Shown here: positions 19,182-28,257 of the stretch, piece after piece | Position numbering within the stretch: position 1 is the stretch's first letter | How the letters are laid out: every line of letters starts with the position of its first letter | Sequence record: DRR723986_10321 | Strand: one strand, 5' to 3' | DNA length: 38,168 nt | Made by a program: the position numbers and the translations under genes | Notes under the pieces: generated by a model | Told to the model about the DNA's origin: nothing | The model's database searches: none | The model's input: only the letters and a program-made list of their open reading frames with translations

Positions 19182-20257
19182 CAGTCAACCAACAGACGCG
19201 CTGCGGCTGCCTCCATCCCAAGTCCAACACGATCACCGCGTTCTGGGATATGCGTATCGGCGGAATTCTGAACCCGGACCGTCATCACTTCGCTATCATC
19301 AAGCGTCACCTCGACGTGCATATCCGTGCCTAGATAGATCCGCCGGGTCACAACGCCTGACAGCACCGCGCCATCCTCCGGGACAATCGCCATGCGTTCT
19401 GGGCGCACCGAAAGATGTCCGGCCCCTTCATGTGATCCATCCGCTGCCGGACAGGTAAACGTGCCCCCGCCGGGCAAAATACAGGTCGCCTGTCCCGCCC
19501 CAAGACCCGTAACAGTCACATCCAGCAGGTTGGTTTCCCCAATGAAATCTGCCACGAATTTGTTGTTCGGCTCTTCGTAGATGTCGCGTGTTGAACCCAC
19601 TTGTTGCACCTGCCCGCCCGCAATGACCGCGATGCGATCCGACATGGTCAGAGCTTCTTCTTGATCGTGGGTGACAAAAATAAATGTGATCCCGGTTTCT
19701 TGTTGGATCTGTTGCAATTCTAATCGCACGGCTTGGCGCAACTTCAGATCCAGCGCCGACAACGGCTCATCCAGCAACAGCACTTTGGGGTTTGGGGCCA
19801 AGGCCCGCGCAAGCGCGACCCGCTGTTGTTGCCCGCCAGACATTTGCGATGGCAACCGATCGGCAAAAGCGCTGAGCTGAACCAGTTCCAGAACCTCGCC
19901 TGCCCGTTTGCGCGCCTGAGCTTCGCCCTGCCCCAGCATCTGCAAACCAAACATCACATTGCGCGTGACATCCATGTGCGGGAAAAGCGCGTATTGCTGA
20001 AAGACCGTGTTCACCGGACGCTTGTTCGGCGGCAAATCTGCGATGTCTTCACCAAAGAGCTTGATCGCCCCTTGGGTCAGGGTTTCAAACCCGGCAATGG
20101 TGCGCAGCAAAGTGGTTTTACCGCAGCCCGACGGGCCCAACAGCGTAAAAAACTCGTTATCGCGAATCCGCAATGAGACGTCTCGCAACGCGGTGAACGA
20201 ACCGTATTTCTTGGTCGCGTCCTGTATATCAACGGCAATTGGTGTCTCTGATGTCAC
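19181..20257 (-). CDS. Polyamine ABC transporter ATP-binding protein (PotA family)
   Basis: Walker A GPSGCGKT, VFQQYALFPH, MSGGQQQR, LLLDEPLSALD, and a C-terminal TOBE-like extension. Confidence 0.92.
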   Translation of the reverse strand: MTSETPIAVDIQDATKKYGSFTALRDVSLRIRDNEFFTLLGPSGCGKTTLLRTIAGFETLTQGAIKLFGEDIADLPPNKRPVNTVFQQYALFPHMDVTRNVMFGLQMLGQGEAQARKRAGEVLELVQLSAFADRLPSQMSGGQQQRVALARALAPNPKVLLLDEPLSALDLKLRQAVRLELQQIQQETGITFIFVTHDQEEALTMSDRIAVIAGGQVQQVGSTRDIYEEPNNKFVADFIGETNLLDVTVTGLGAGQATCILPGGGTFTCPAADGSHEGAGHLSVRPERMAIVPEDGAVLSGVVTRRIYLGTDMHVEVTLDDSEVMTVRVQNSADTHIPERGDRVGLGMEAAAARLLVD

Positions 20258-20279
20258 GCGATTTCCACTCCCCTGATGG

Positions 20280-20348
20280 ATACCCCTTGGTTCCTGCCCT
20301 TGATGCTAGTTTTGTCAGATCAAGGGGTATATACCCCCAAAGGGGTAT
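20280..20348. promoter_or_regulatory. Overlapping ATACCCC/GGGGTAT palindromes, putative LuxR-type operator array
   Basis: ATACCCCTTG (20280-20289) with CAAGGGGTAT (20321-20330); GGGGTATATACCCC (20324-20337); ATACCCC-CAAA-GGGGTAT (20331-20348). Confidence 0.65.
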
Positions 20349-20362
20349 GAAGGGGTGACACC

Positions 20363-21148
20363 ATGGAAGAGTCAGAAATCCACCTGAGCAAAGCCATCCG
20401 GGCGTTAGGATCAGACACTTTTCCCGGTGCTCTTAAAACGTGGCTCAGCAAATGCATCGATTTCGACAACATCGCCACACTGGCCTATTTCCAAGACCGC
20501 CCACCCATTGCGCTGATGTATGATGCGTTTTCACCCATCGCACAGAAGAGCCTTGAAAAGACGTACTTAACAGGGGCGTATTTGCTGGATCCGTTTCATG
20601 ATCTGCATACCCAACACGCACCTGCCGGGCTTTATCAGCTCAAAGATATCGCACCGGACCATTTCATGCGAAATCGCTATTTCCGGGATTATTATCAGAA
20701 CACCGGCATGATTGATGAACTGGTGTTTACCGCCTACCCAGCCAAAGGTGTGTCGGTGCATGTCTGTTTGGGGCGTGACCAAAAATCAGGTCACAAATTT
20801 GCCCAACGCGCCACGCGAAATGCGGCAAGAATTGCACCTGTGGTCACTGCACTTGCTGAATCGCACTGGACCGACCTGAACACCACAGGGCAATACAATG
20901 AGCAGGATTTGATCACCAACCTGATCCAATCTGCGCAGCAGATGTACAATATCAAGCTGAGTCCCCGACAGGCTCAGGTCGCGATTCTGATCCTGCGCGG
21001 GCATTCTTCGGTGTCGATTGGGTTGCGGCTGGACGTCAGCGCACAAACCGTCAAAGTGTTTCGAAAACAGCTCTACAAAAAGTGTGAAATCTCGTCTCAG
21101 GTTGAACTGTTTTCATTGTTCTTGCCACTGTTGGGATCAACCAATTGA
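20363..21148 (+). CDS. LuxR-type HTH transcriptional regulator
   Basis: C-terminal LSPRQAQVA...GHSSVSIG...TVKVFRKQLYKKCEISSQVELF. N-terminal sensor region with YLLDPF and no receiver domain. Divergent from the polyamine ABC operon. Confidence 0.87.
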   Translation: MEESEIHLSKAIRALGSDTFPGALKTWLSKCIDFDNIATLAYFQDRPPIALMYDAFSPIAQKSLEKTYLTGAYLLDPFHDLHTQHAPAGLYQLKDIAPDHFMRNRYFRDYYQNTGMIDELVFTAYPAKGVSVHVCLGRDQKSGHKFAQRATRNAARIAPVVTALAESHWTDLNTTGQYNEQDLITNLIQSAQQMYNIKLSPRQAQVAILILRGHSSVSIGLRLDVSAQTVKVFRKQLYKKCEISSQVELFSLFLPLLGSTN

Positions 21149-21261
21149 TCGAAAACAATCTATCATGAGACGTGAGGGCAATTCCTTTTCGACAGGACAG
21201 GATCGTGAGATTGATCTATCCATTTTGAGAACGTCCGAAATTGAACTGGAGCACCTCGCAC

Positions 21262-22239
21262 ATGAAGTCTGCATATTATCAAAAGAACGGCCCAGCCGCA
21301 GATGTCCTGATTGTTGAGGACCGCGCGCGCCCAGAACCCGCAGCGGGTGAGGTGCTGGTTCAGGTGCATCGCTCTGGCGTGAACCCCTCTGACGTCAAAA
21401 CACGCGCGGCACGGCCTTTGAGCGGTGACTATGTCATCCCACAAAGCGACGGCGCGGGTGTCATCACTGCGGTTGGGTCTGGCGTTTCAGACGAACGCAT
21501 CGGTCAACGGGTCTGGCTGTGGAACGGACAATGGCAAAGGGCGGATGGAACGGCGGCGGAATATATCGCGCTGTCCTCAGATCAGGCGGTGCAATTGCCA
21601 GACAACGCCAGCTTTGACGAAGGGGCCTGTGCTGGCATTCCCTTGCTCACCGCTATTCAAGCCGTCGAATTTGCCAAAGCCTGTGATGCAAAAACAATTC
21701 TCGTGACCGGGGCAGGCAATGCGGTGGGCCACTATGCCACGCAATTGGCCGTACGTAACGGCATGACCGTTATCGGAACCGCATCCCCACGTCGCGCGGA
21801 TCTGGTCCGCGAGGCAGGGGCTGCAACCGTTGTTGATTACCGCGCCGACGGGTTCACGGATTCCATCCTTGCCGCCAACGGTGGCAAAGGTGTCGATGCG
21901 ATTATCGACATGGATTTCTCGTCCTCCGTCAGCCTGTTGCGCGCTGGTGTCCTTGCCCCCCACGGAACGTTGATTTGCTACGGTTCCAACGACATGAACG
22001 ATATCGCGGCCCCGTTCCGTGAATTGCTGTACATGTCGCTAAAGATGAACTTCTTCCTCGTGTACGAACTGACCCCAGCACAACGAACCGCTGCGGTCGC
22101 CATCGCAACTGACGTTCTAGCCTCCGGAACCTTGCAAACCAAAATCGACAGCCACTTTACGCTCGATCAAATCGCAACCGCCCATGAAAAGGTGGAAACA
22201 GGAACAGCGATTGGCAACGTGTTGCTCGACATCGTTTAA
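21262..22239 (+). CDS. NADPH:quinone oxidoreductase (zeta-crystallin-like MDR family)
   Basis: SGVNPSDVK, IPQSDGAGVI, GTAAEY, nucleotide-binding TGAGNAVG, GNVLL. ATG at 21262 follows GGAG. Confidence 0.88.
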   Translation: MKSAYYQKNGPAADVLIVEDRARPEPAAGEVLVQVHRSGVNPSDVKTRAARPLSGDYVIPQSDGAGVITAVGSGVSDERIGQRVWLWNGQWQRADGTAAEYIALSSDQAVQLPDNASFDEGACAGIPLLTAIQAVEFAKACDAKTILVTGAGNAVGHYATQLAVRNGMTVIGTASPRRADLVREAGAATVVDYRADGFTDSILAANGGKGVDAIIDMDFSSSVSLLRAGVLAPHGTLICYGSNDMNDIAAPFRELLYMSLKMNFFLVYELTPAQRTAAVAIATDVLASGTLQTKIDSHFTLDQIATAHEKVETGTAIGNVLLDIV

Positions 22240-22255
22240 CAGTTCATTCTGAGCC

Positions 22256-22278
22256 GGGGGCGCAGGGTCTGTGCCCCC
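22256..22278. terminator. Hairpin between convergent genes
   Basis: GGGGGCGCAG pairs with CTGTGCCCCC. Confidence 0.6.
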
Positions 22279-22282
22279 AGAT

Positions 22283-22864
22283 TTAGAACTGAAAGGCCAT
22301 TTGAAAGGCCGATTTGCGCCCCGCAAGGTGATGAAATGCGGTCTTGGTCTCGGCCTCTGCTTTCAACACCACCTGCGCGGCTGCGCGGGCATCTTCGCCT
22401 GCATCATGGTGGGTAAATTCCAAATCCAACACCTGTTTCAGGTTGCCGAGCCCATGACCGCCATTGCCTTTCAGCTCTGGCCACGCGGCACGGGCAATAG
22501 TCACGCTGTTTGCCCAAACCAGAGACGGGCGCGCCACCCCCTGGGATTTGCACGCCGCATCGATTGCTTTTTCATCGAACCGACTGTGTTGCACCAAGGG
22601 GTGTCGCGACAGCAGGGGCAATAGATCCACCCACACTTGGGCAAAGGTTGGCGCGTCTTTTACAGTCTCAGGACCAATGCCATGCAACTGCGTATTGAAC
22701 GGGGCAAACGGCATCAAAGGGTTCACATAGGTCGCCCAAGTCTGAATATCCGCATCCGCCGCGACACAAGCGATCCCAATCTGACAGATGCTCGCGCTGT
22801 CTCCGCAAGACGTTTCAACATCTAGCGCGATAAAGCGAAACTCGCCCTTGGGCACGGCAGACAT
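22283..22864 (-). CDS. Stand-alone DEDDh 3'-5' exonuclease (DnaQ-like)
   Basis: ExoI ALDVET, ExoII HSRFDE, ExoIII HHDAGEDA, and LHGI. Confidence 0.87.
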   Translation of the reverse strand: MSAVPKGEFRFIALDVETSCGDSASICQIGIACVAADADIQTWATYVNPLMPFAPFNTQLHGIGPETVKDAPTFAQVWVDLLPLLSRHPLVQHSRFDEKAIDAACKSQGVARPSLVWANSVTIARAAWPELKGNGGHGLGNLKQVLDLEFTHHDAGEDARAAAQVVLKAEAETKTAFHHLAGRKSAFQMAFQF

Positions 22865-23046
22865 CAAAACAGGACACTCATCTCAACACTCCAAAACGGG
22901 TCAGATGAGAAAACTCTTAGGCTGTGGATTCCCAAGTTCTGGTTCCTATTCATGAAATCACGCACTAGCGGCCAAGATACACACCTCGACGCGATTCGAC
23001 TGAATAAATGCGCGCCGCCCTTTGCCAAGGCCAAGGGCAGCCGCCG

Positions 23047-24318
23047 CTAGTTCGCAATGGGAAACTGTTTCGGCTGAACCCGAAGCTGCCCCGCCCCAAA
23101 CGCACTGAGCGCCAACATCACAGCCGCAGTCGCCAGACACAGCGGCAGGCCGCCAACCTGATAACTCAGCCCCGACAGGACCGTCCCCAACAGGCGCCCC
23201 GCAGCATTGGCCATGTAATAAAACCCGACATCCATCGTCACGCGGTCATCTTGGGTAAACGCAAGGATCAAATAGGAATGAAGGGCCGAATTGACCGCAA
23301 AAACCGCCCCGAAAACCAACAATCCAATGACCAGCGTCCACGTCAGCCACGCCACAGGCGCGCCCGCCAGAAACACAAGCGCCGCAAGACCACCGGGGAT
23401 AAGACACAAAACAGCCACCCACGTGCGCGCGTCCCGCACCAGATCTGCCTCGGACCGATGCGCCGCACGCAACACGCGCGGTGCAAAGGCTTGGACCGCA
23501 CCATACAGGATGATCCACAGCGCCATAAAGCTGCCGATCAAAAAGAAGGTCTGCCGATTACCTGCTTCGGACCCATCCGATAACACCGCATAAAAATAAA
23601 CCGGGATGCCAACCACAAACCAAACATCCCGCGCGCCAAACAGAAAGACACGCGCAAAGCTCAGCCAGTTGATATTGCGGTTCTTGGACCAAACATCGGT
23701 GAATTTCGCGTCCTTACGCCCTTTGGGCAAGCCATCAGGCATACGCAACAGAACCGCCACCAAGATAATAGCAAGAACCGCTGCCATAACCAGGACCGAC
23801 GGCACAAATCCAAATGCCCCCAGCAAAGCCGCACCTAATAGAAAGCCAAGCCCCTTAACCGCGTTTTTGGACCCAGTGAGCAGCGCCACCCAGCGGAACA
23901 GCCCGTCACCCTCGGTCGGGGCCAACAGCTTTACGGCTGATTTTGAACTCATCTTGGCAAGATCTTTTGCGACCCCGGACACGCCTTGAACCAGCATGAC
24001 ATAGACCACGGACACAGTGATCGACCAAGCCGGGTCAAGCCCTGCCAACGCAACCAGCGCCAGCACTTGCAAGGTTAAGCCGGCATAAAGTGTTCGGGTC
24101 AGGCCAAACCGCGCGGCGATCCACCCTGCGGACAGGTTGGTGAGGATGCCTGCAATCTCGTAGAATACGAACAGATAAGCCAACTGAACCGGCGAGAACC
24201 CTAACGTGTGAAAGTGCAACAGCACCAACATCCGCAAGGCCCCGTCGGTCAGCATAAAGGCCCAATAGGCAGCTGTGACTGCGCCATAAGCTGCCAATCC
24301 CGAACCGTCGCGTGTCAC
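23047..24318 (-). CDS. arsJ: Organoarsenical efflux MFS transporter ArsJ
   Basis: [73 protein letters not shown]. Overlaps the gapdh stop by 4 bp. Confidence 0.93.
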   Translation of the reverse strand: MTRDGSGLAAYGAVTAAYWAFMLTDGALRMLVLLHFHTLGFSPVQLAYLFVFYEIAGILTNLSAGWIAARFGLTRTLYAGLTLQVLALVALAGLDPAWSITVSVVYVMLVQGVSGVAKDLAKMSSKSAVKLLAPTEGDGLFRWVALLTGSKNAVKGLGFLLGAALLGAFGFVPSVLVMAAVLAIILVAVLLRMPDGLPKGRKDAKFTDVWSKNRNINWLSFARVFLFGARDVWFVVGIPVYFYAVLSDGSEAGNRQTFFLIGSFMALWIILYGAVQAFAPRVLRAAHRSEADLVRDARTWVAVLCLIPGGLAALVFLAGAPVAWLTWTLVIGLLVFGAVFAVNSALHSYLILAFTQDDRVTMDVGFYYMANAAGRLLGTVLSGLSYQVGGLPLCLATAAVMLALSAFGAGQLRVQPKQFPIAN

Positions 24319-25313
24319 AGCGAGGCGCCTACCATCAGGGCCACGTCAACAAGGCGATGCGCATATCCCCACTCGTTGTCATACCACGCAAAGATTTTGA
24401 CCTGCGTCCCGTTCACCACCATGGTCGATGGCGCATCAATGATCGAACTGCGCGGATCGTTTGTGTAATCGGTAGAAACCAAGGGGCGCGTTTCATATCC
24501 GAGAATGCCAGCCAGCGCGCCCTCAGAGGCGGTCTTGAACAGGGCGTTGACCTCTTCAACCGTGGTCTCACGTTCAACTTCGAAAACGCAATCCGTCAGT
24601 GATGCATTCAACAATGGCACGCGCACCGCATGGCCATTCAGTTTGCCGGTCAGCTCTGGATAGATCAGCGTAATCGCAGTGGCACTGCCCGTTGTTGTCG
24701 GGATCAGAGAATTCAGCGCAGACCGTGCGCGCCGCAGATCCTTGGCCGGGCGATCCACTATAGTCTGCGTGTTGGTCACATCATGAATGGTGGTCATCGA
24801 CCCGTGCTTGATGCCCAGCCCCTCGTGAATGACTTTCACCACCGGGGCCAGACAGTTTGTGGTACAGCTTGCCGCTGTCACAATCTGGTGCCGGGCCGCG
24901 TCATAGATTTCATCATTCACACCAACAACGATGTTTGCGGTGTCTCCATCTTTGACGGGGGCCGAGACCACAACTTTTTTTACGCCCGCCGCAAAATAAG
25001 GGGCCAGCTTGGCTTCGGTTTTGAACACGCCGGTACAATCAATGACCACATCCACGCCATCCAAGGGCAGGTCGGACAAGGATGATGTTTGGGTCACGGG
25101 GATACGGACGTCATCAATCGAAATACTATCGGCATCATGCGCAAACGCGGCAGGCCAACGCCCGTGAACCGTGTCAAATTCCAGAAGATGCGCGTGCATC
25201 TCTGGGTCTCCAACCGCATCATTAATGAACGCAATCTTTGCGCCCCGTTCCAAAAGCGGACGCAGGGCCAATTTGCCCATACGGCCTAATCCGTTGATCG
25301 CATAAGTTGTCAT
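24315..25313 (-). CDS. ArsJ-associated glyceraldehyde-3-phosphate dehydrogenase
   Basis: [31 protein letters not shown]. Likely start ATG 25313, next to the arsRC stop; the ORF-track N-terminal extension overlaps arsRC. Confidence 0.93.
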   Translation of the reverse strand: MTTYAINGLGRMGKLALRPLLERGAKIAFINDAVGDPEMHAHLLEFDTVHGRWPAAFAHDADSISIDDVRIPVTQTSSLSDLPLDGVDVVIDCTGVFKTEAKLAPYFAAGVKKVVVSAPVKDGDTANIVVGVNDEIYDAARHQIVTAASCTTNCLAPVVKVIHEGLGIKHGSMTTIHDVTNTQTIVDRPAKDLRRARSALNSLIPTTTGSATAITLIYPELTGKLNGHAVRVPLLNASLTDCVFEVERETTVEEVNALFKTASEGALAGILGYETRPLVSTDYTNDPRSSIIDAPSTMVVNGTQVKIFAWYDNEWGYAHRLVDVALMVGASL

Positions 25314-25314
25314 T

Positions 25315-26151
25315 CTAAATATCCTTGATCGTGCTGATGGTATCGACATTGGCCTGCAACGCTGTGCGGTCCAAAGTTTTGAAAGGAAGGGCCACAAAGG
25401 CCAGGATACGGTTGCGCAATTGCCCATATGCCTGCTGGAACGCCAGCCGTTTTTCGGCGTCGGTTCCTGTTGCGGAAACCGGGTCTGCCACACCCCAATG
25501 CGCGCTGATCGGCTGACCATACCACGCGGCGCATTCTTCGTTAGCGGCCTGATCACAAACCGTAAAAACAAAATCCATGACCGGCGCGTCTGGCGTTTGA
25601 AATTCCGCCGTGTTCTTGGATCGCAGCCCCGAAATATCGTGCCCTTTGCCCGACAGCATCTCGACTGCAAAGGGGTTCATCTCAGACTTGGGATGCATCC
25701 CGGCTGAATACACATTGAACCGATCACCCGCTTCGGTGCGCAATATCGCTTCGGCAAAAATTGACCGGGCAGAATTGCCGCTGCACAGAAACAGAACATT
25801 GCGCTTTGGCGCATCTAATTGCGTGGCCTCTGTCAGCATTGCGACCGGTGACGGGGGGCACAACTCGGGCCGTCCCTTGCAACAATCGTGCATCAGGTAA
25901 TCAGTCACCTCTGCAACCGCACCGACAGCGGCCTGATATCGAACAGATGTCCCCTGCCGAGACTGCACGACCAGCTCAACCTTTTTCAGCGCGGCCAAAT
26001 ACACCGACAGCGTGCTGGATTTGATATCTAGCGCCGCAGCGATTTCCCCGGCGGGCACCGCATCAGGATACCGGCGCACCAGCAATCGAAACACAGCGAT
26101 CCGCTGTGGGTGACCAAGGGTAGTGAGGCGATCTAGAATCATATTTTCCAT
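25315..26151 (-). CDS. ArsR repressor fused to a thioredoxin-type (LMW-PTP fold) arsenate reductase ArsC
   Basis: N-terminal ArsR wHTH ([30 protein letters not shown]). C-terminal [32 protein letters not shown]. Confidence 0.9.
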   Translation of the reverse strand: MENMILDRLTTLGHPQRIAVFRLLVRRYPDAVPAGEIAAALDIKSSTLSVYLAALKKVELVVQSRQGTSVRYQAAVGAVAEVTDYLMHDCCKGRPELCPPSPVAMLTEATQLDAPKRNVLFLCSGNSARSIFAEAILRTEAGDRFNVYSAGMHPKSEMNPFAVEMLSGKGHDISGLRSKNTAEFQTPDAPVMDFVFTVCDQAANEECAAWYGQPISAHWGVADPVSATGTDAEKRLAFQQAYGQLRNRILAFVALPFKTLDRTALQANVDTISTIKDI

Positions 26152-26170
26152 ATTTCATGAATTATGGAAA
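26145..26170. promoter_or_regulatory. 26-bp palindrome over the arsRC start, putative ArsR operator
   Basis: TTTCCATA-T-TTCATGAA-T-TATGGAAA, with a single mismatched pair. Confidence 0.75.
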
Positions 26171-26266
26171 TAATAGCAATCAGTCAATCAATTTGTAGCA
26201 GCAAACCAGTCTGGCCACTTCGGGCCTAACACTCTAAACGATGTCCAAGATATCCGGAGAGGTCAC

Positions 26267-27493
26267 ATGCAAAAAATCGCCCTGCCCGAACGACCAGATT
26301 GGCGTACACACGCCCAAGAGGTTGGGTTTACCTTCGCCGATATGCATGGTGCGCCCTATTGGGATGAAACATCGGCCTATGCCTTTTCGCTAGAGCAGAT
26401 TGAAAACGATCTCGAAGATCCAGCAACCGAACTCCACGCAATGTGCTGCGAGGCGGTGGCCCATATCCTACAAAGCGAAGAACTGTTGGACCGCTTCGCA
26501 ATCCCGCAAGCGCATCGTGATCTGGTGGCCGAAAGCTGGCGTCGTGGAGATCCTGAAATCTATGGGCGGTTTGACTTTGCCTATGATGGCAAAGGACCTG
26601 CAAAGCTGTTGGAATACAATGCCGACACGCCAACCTCGCTCTATGAAAGTGCCGCGTTCCAATGGCAGTGGCTCGAAGATCAGCTGGCGGCTGGCGTCCT
26701 GCCCCAAGGCAGTGATCAGTTCAACGGAATCCACGAGGCCCTAGTTGCCCGGTTTCGCGAAACATTCGAACCGGACAGCGATCTGCATTTCACCGCCGTC
26801 AGCGGCTCTCCCGAAGACTACGGCACCGTCGAAGCCATGGGCTGGGCCGCACGCGAAGCCGGTCTGGGGGCGCATTATTGCGACATCGACAAAATCGCGA
26901 TCAGCGACGAGGGGCAATACCTCGATGATCAGGATCGCGTGATGGGGGTGCTGTTCAAGCTCTACCCGTGGGAAGATCTGCTGCAAGATGACTATGCAAA
27001 TCACATCGCCAAATCCGGATGCCTGTTCTTAGAACCCGCATGGAAAGCGCTGTTGTCGAACAAAGCGCTCCTCCCCGTTCTGTGGGAGATGTTCGAAGGC
27101 CACCCGAACCTGTTGCCTGCCTTCTTTGAACAGGACATTTCTGGCGCACTAACCACGCAATCCCCCGCCGCCCCATCTGTTGCCAAGGCGTTTGAACGCG
27201 CGGAATCAGATCTGGTATTGGGTCATGTCAGCAAACCGATCCTGTCGCGCGAAGGGGCGTCTGTGTCGATCCTCAAAAACAACGAGATCATCGAACAGGC
27301 GCAAAATACAGAATACGCGCAACATCCGCGCATCATTCAGGCCTATCATTCCCTGCCCCGCTTTGATGGGTTTCGCCCCATTATCGGCGCTTGGGTCGTG
27401 GGCGAAACCTGCGTGGGCATTGGCATTCGCGAAGACACATCGCGCATCACGCAGGATTTATCGCGCTTTAAACCGCACTATATTACCACTTAA
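26267..27493 (+). CDS. Glutathionylspermidine synthase-like ATP-grasp ligase (YgiC/YjfC family)
   Basis: RPDWR, YWDE, YGRFDF, KLLEYNADTPTSLYE, FKLYPWE, EPAWK...SNK, KPILSREG, GIRED, SRFKPH. No amidase (CHAP) domain. Confidence 0.92.
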   Translation: MQKIALPERPDWRTHAQEVGFTFADMHGAPYWDETSAYAFSLEQIENDLEDPATELHAMCCEAVAHILQSEELLDRFAIPQAHRDLVAESWRRGDPEIYGRFDFAYDGKGPAKLLEYNADTPTSLYESAAFQWQWLEDQLAAGVLPQGSDQFNGIHEALVARFRETFEPDSDLHFTAVSGSPEDYGTVEAMGWAAREAGLGAHYCDIDKIAISDEGQYLDDQDRVMGVLFKLYPWEDLLQDDYANHIAKSGCLFLEPAWKALLSNKALLPVLWEMFEGHPNLLPAFFEQDISGALTTQSPAAPSVAKAFERAESDLVLGHVSKPILSREGASVSILKNNEIIEQAQNTEYAQHPRIIQAYHSLPRFDGFRPIIGAWVVGETCVGIGIREDTSRITQDLSRFKPHYITT

Positions 27494-27537
27494 CTGACCG
27501 CTATCGTACACGCGCCCGACCAAGAGACAGGATTGTC

Positions 27538-28116
27538 ATGACCAAACGTTCCAACCGCGTCGCCATCGCCATTATTGGCGCCACTGCCTTTACGCTCGCT
27601 GGATGTCGCGACGAACAAGTCGATGCCCAAGCCTTTCCTGATTTAGCATCCTGCACCGATCAGGCCACACAGGGCGGGATGTTCACGGCCCAAGATTGTG
27701 AAACCGCGATATCCGACGCCAATGCCCTGCATGTCGAAGCCGCGCCAAGATACGACAGCCAGGCCGTTTGCGAAGAACAGCACGGTAAAGGCGCCTGTGG
27801 GTCAGAAGCCACTGCAGCACAGGGCGGGTCCAGTAGCATCTTTATGCCCCTCATGGCCGGATACCTAATCGGCAACATGCTGGGCGGGGGGCGGCAAGGC
27901 ATGTCCGCCAGTCAGCCGCTCTATAAAACCTCGGACGGGAAATTCACCAACGCGGCCCGGTCCAGCACATTTTCCGCCAACCGCGGCGCGACCAAGATGT
28001 CTACGTCGCAGTTCACCCGCCCGGCCACAACCGTGGGCAAAACACCAATGTCGCGCGCCACGGCGAGTTCTCGGGGTGGGTTTGGCAAGGCCGGCGGCCG
28101 AAGCCTGGGCGGTTAA
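27538..28116 (+). CDS. DUF1190 (YgiB/YjfM-like) lipoprotein
   Basis: Lipobox LAG-C, four further Cys, APRY...CEEQHG..AC, FMPLMAGYLIG, QPLY, C-terminal SRGGFG. Adjacent to the Gsp-like gene. Confidence 0.87.
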   Translation: MTKRSNRVAIAIIGATAFTLAGCRDEQVDAQAFPDLASCTDQATQGGMFTAQDCETAISDANALHVEAAPRYDSQAVCEEQHGKGACGSEATAAQGGSSSIFMPLMAGYLIGNMLGGGRQGMSASQPLYKTSDGKFTNAARSSTFSANRGATKMSTSQFTRPATTVGKTPMSRATASSRGGFGKAGGRSLGG

Positions 28117-28211
28117 GATCTCTGATCTAGCGTGTGATCTTGGCCACCCTTGGCGCTCTGTCGCCCTAGACAGGTGTGGAACGGTCATGCTCAATACCAA
28201 ACCACGGACCA

Positions 28212-28229
28212 ATCCCCCGAAAGGGGGAT
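28212..28229. promoter_or_regulatory. 18-bp palindrome upstream of the GlxA-type regulator
   Basis: ATCCCCC-GAAA-GGGGGAT, 15/18 identical to 20331-20348. Confidence 0.55.
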
Positions 28230-28257
28230 AAACCCCTCCGACTGACAGGAGACAGAC

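Noticed and set aside
18279-19271. 330-aa plus-strand ORF
   Set aside because: Antisense shadow of the PotB-like permease with no recognisable motifs. Long shadow ORFs are common in GC-rich coding DNA.
20363-21148. Quorum-sensing LuxR
   Set aside because: No luxI is nearby, I could not recognise the AHL-binding residue pattern, and the context is amine transport.
22283-22864. Calling the exonuclease dnaQ or a defence/CRISPR nuclease
   Set aside because: It lacks the DnaQ C-terminal polymerase-binding extension, and no cas genes, arrays or defence genes are nearby.
22958-23140. 60-aa minus-strand ORF after arsJ
   Set aside because: It overlaps the arsJ 3' end and a hairpin, with no RBS or motif.
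25314-25670. Apparent 119-aa N-terminal extension of GAPDH
   Set aside because: It overlaps arsRC in another frame. The GAPDH fold begins at [11 protein letters not shown] (ATG 25313).
28116-28141. Three closely spaced GATCT pentamers
   Set aside because: Too short and irregularly spaced to distinguish from chance.
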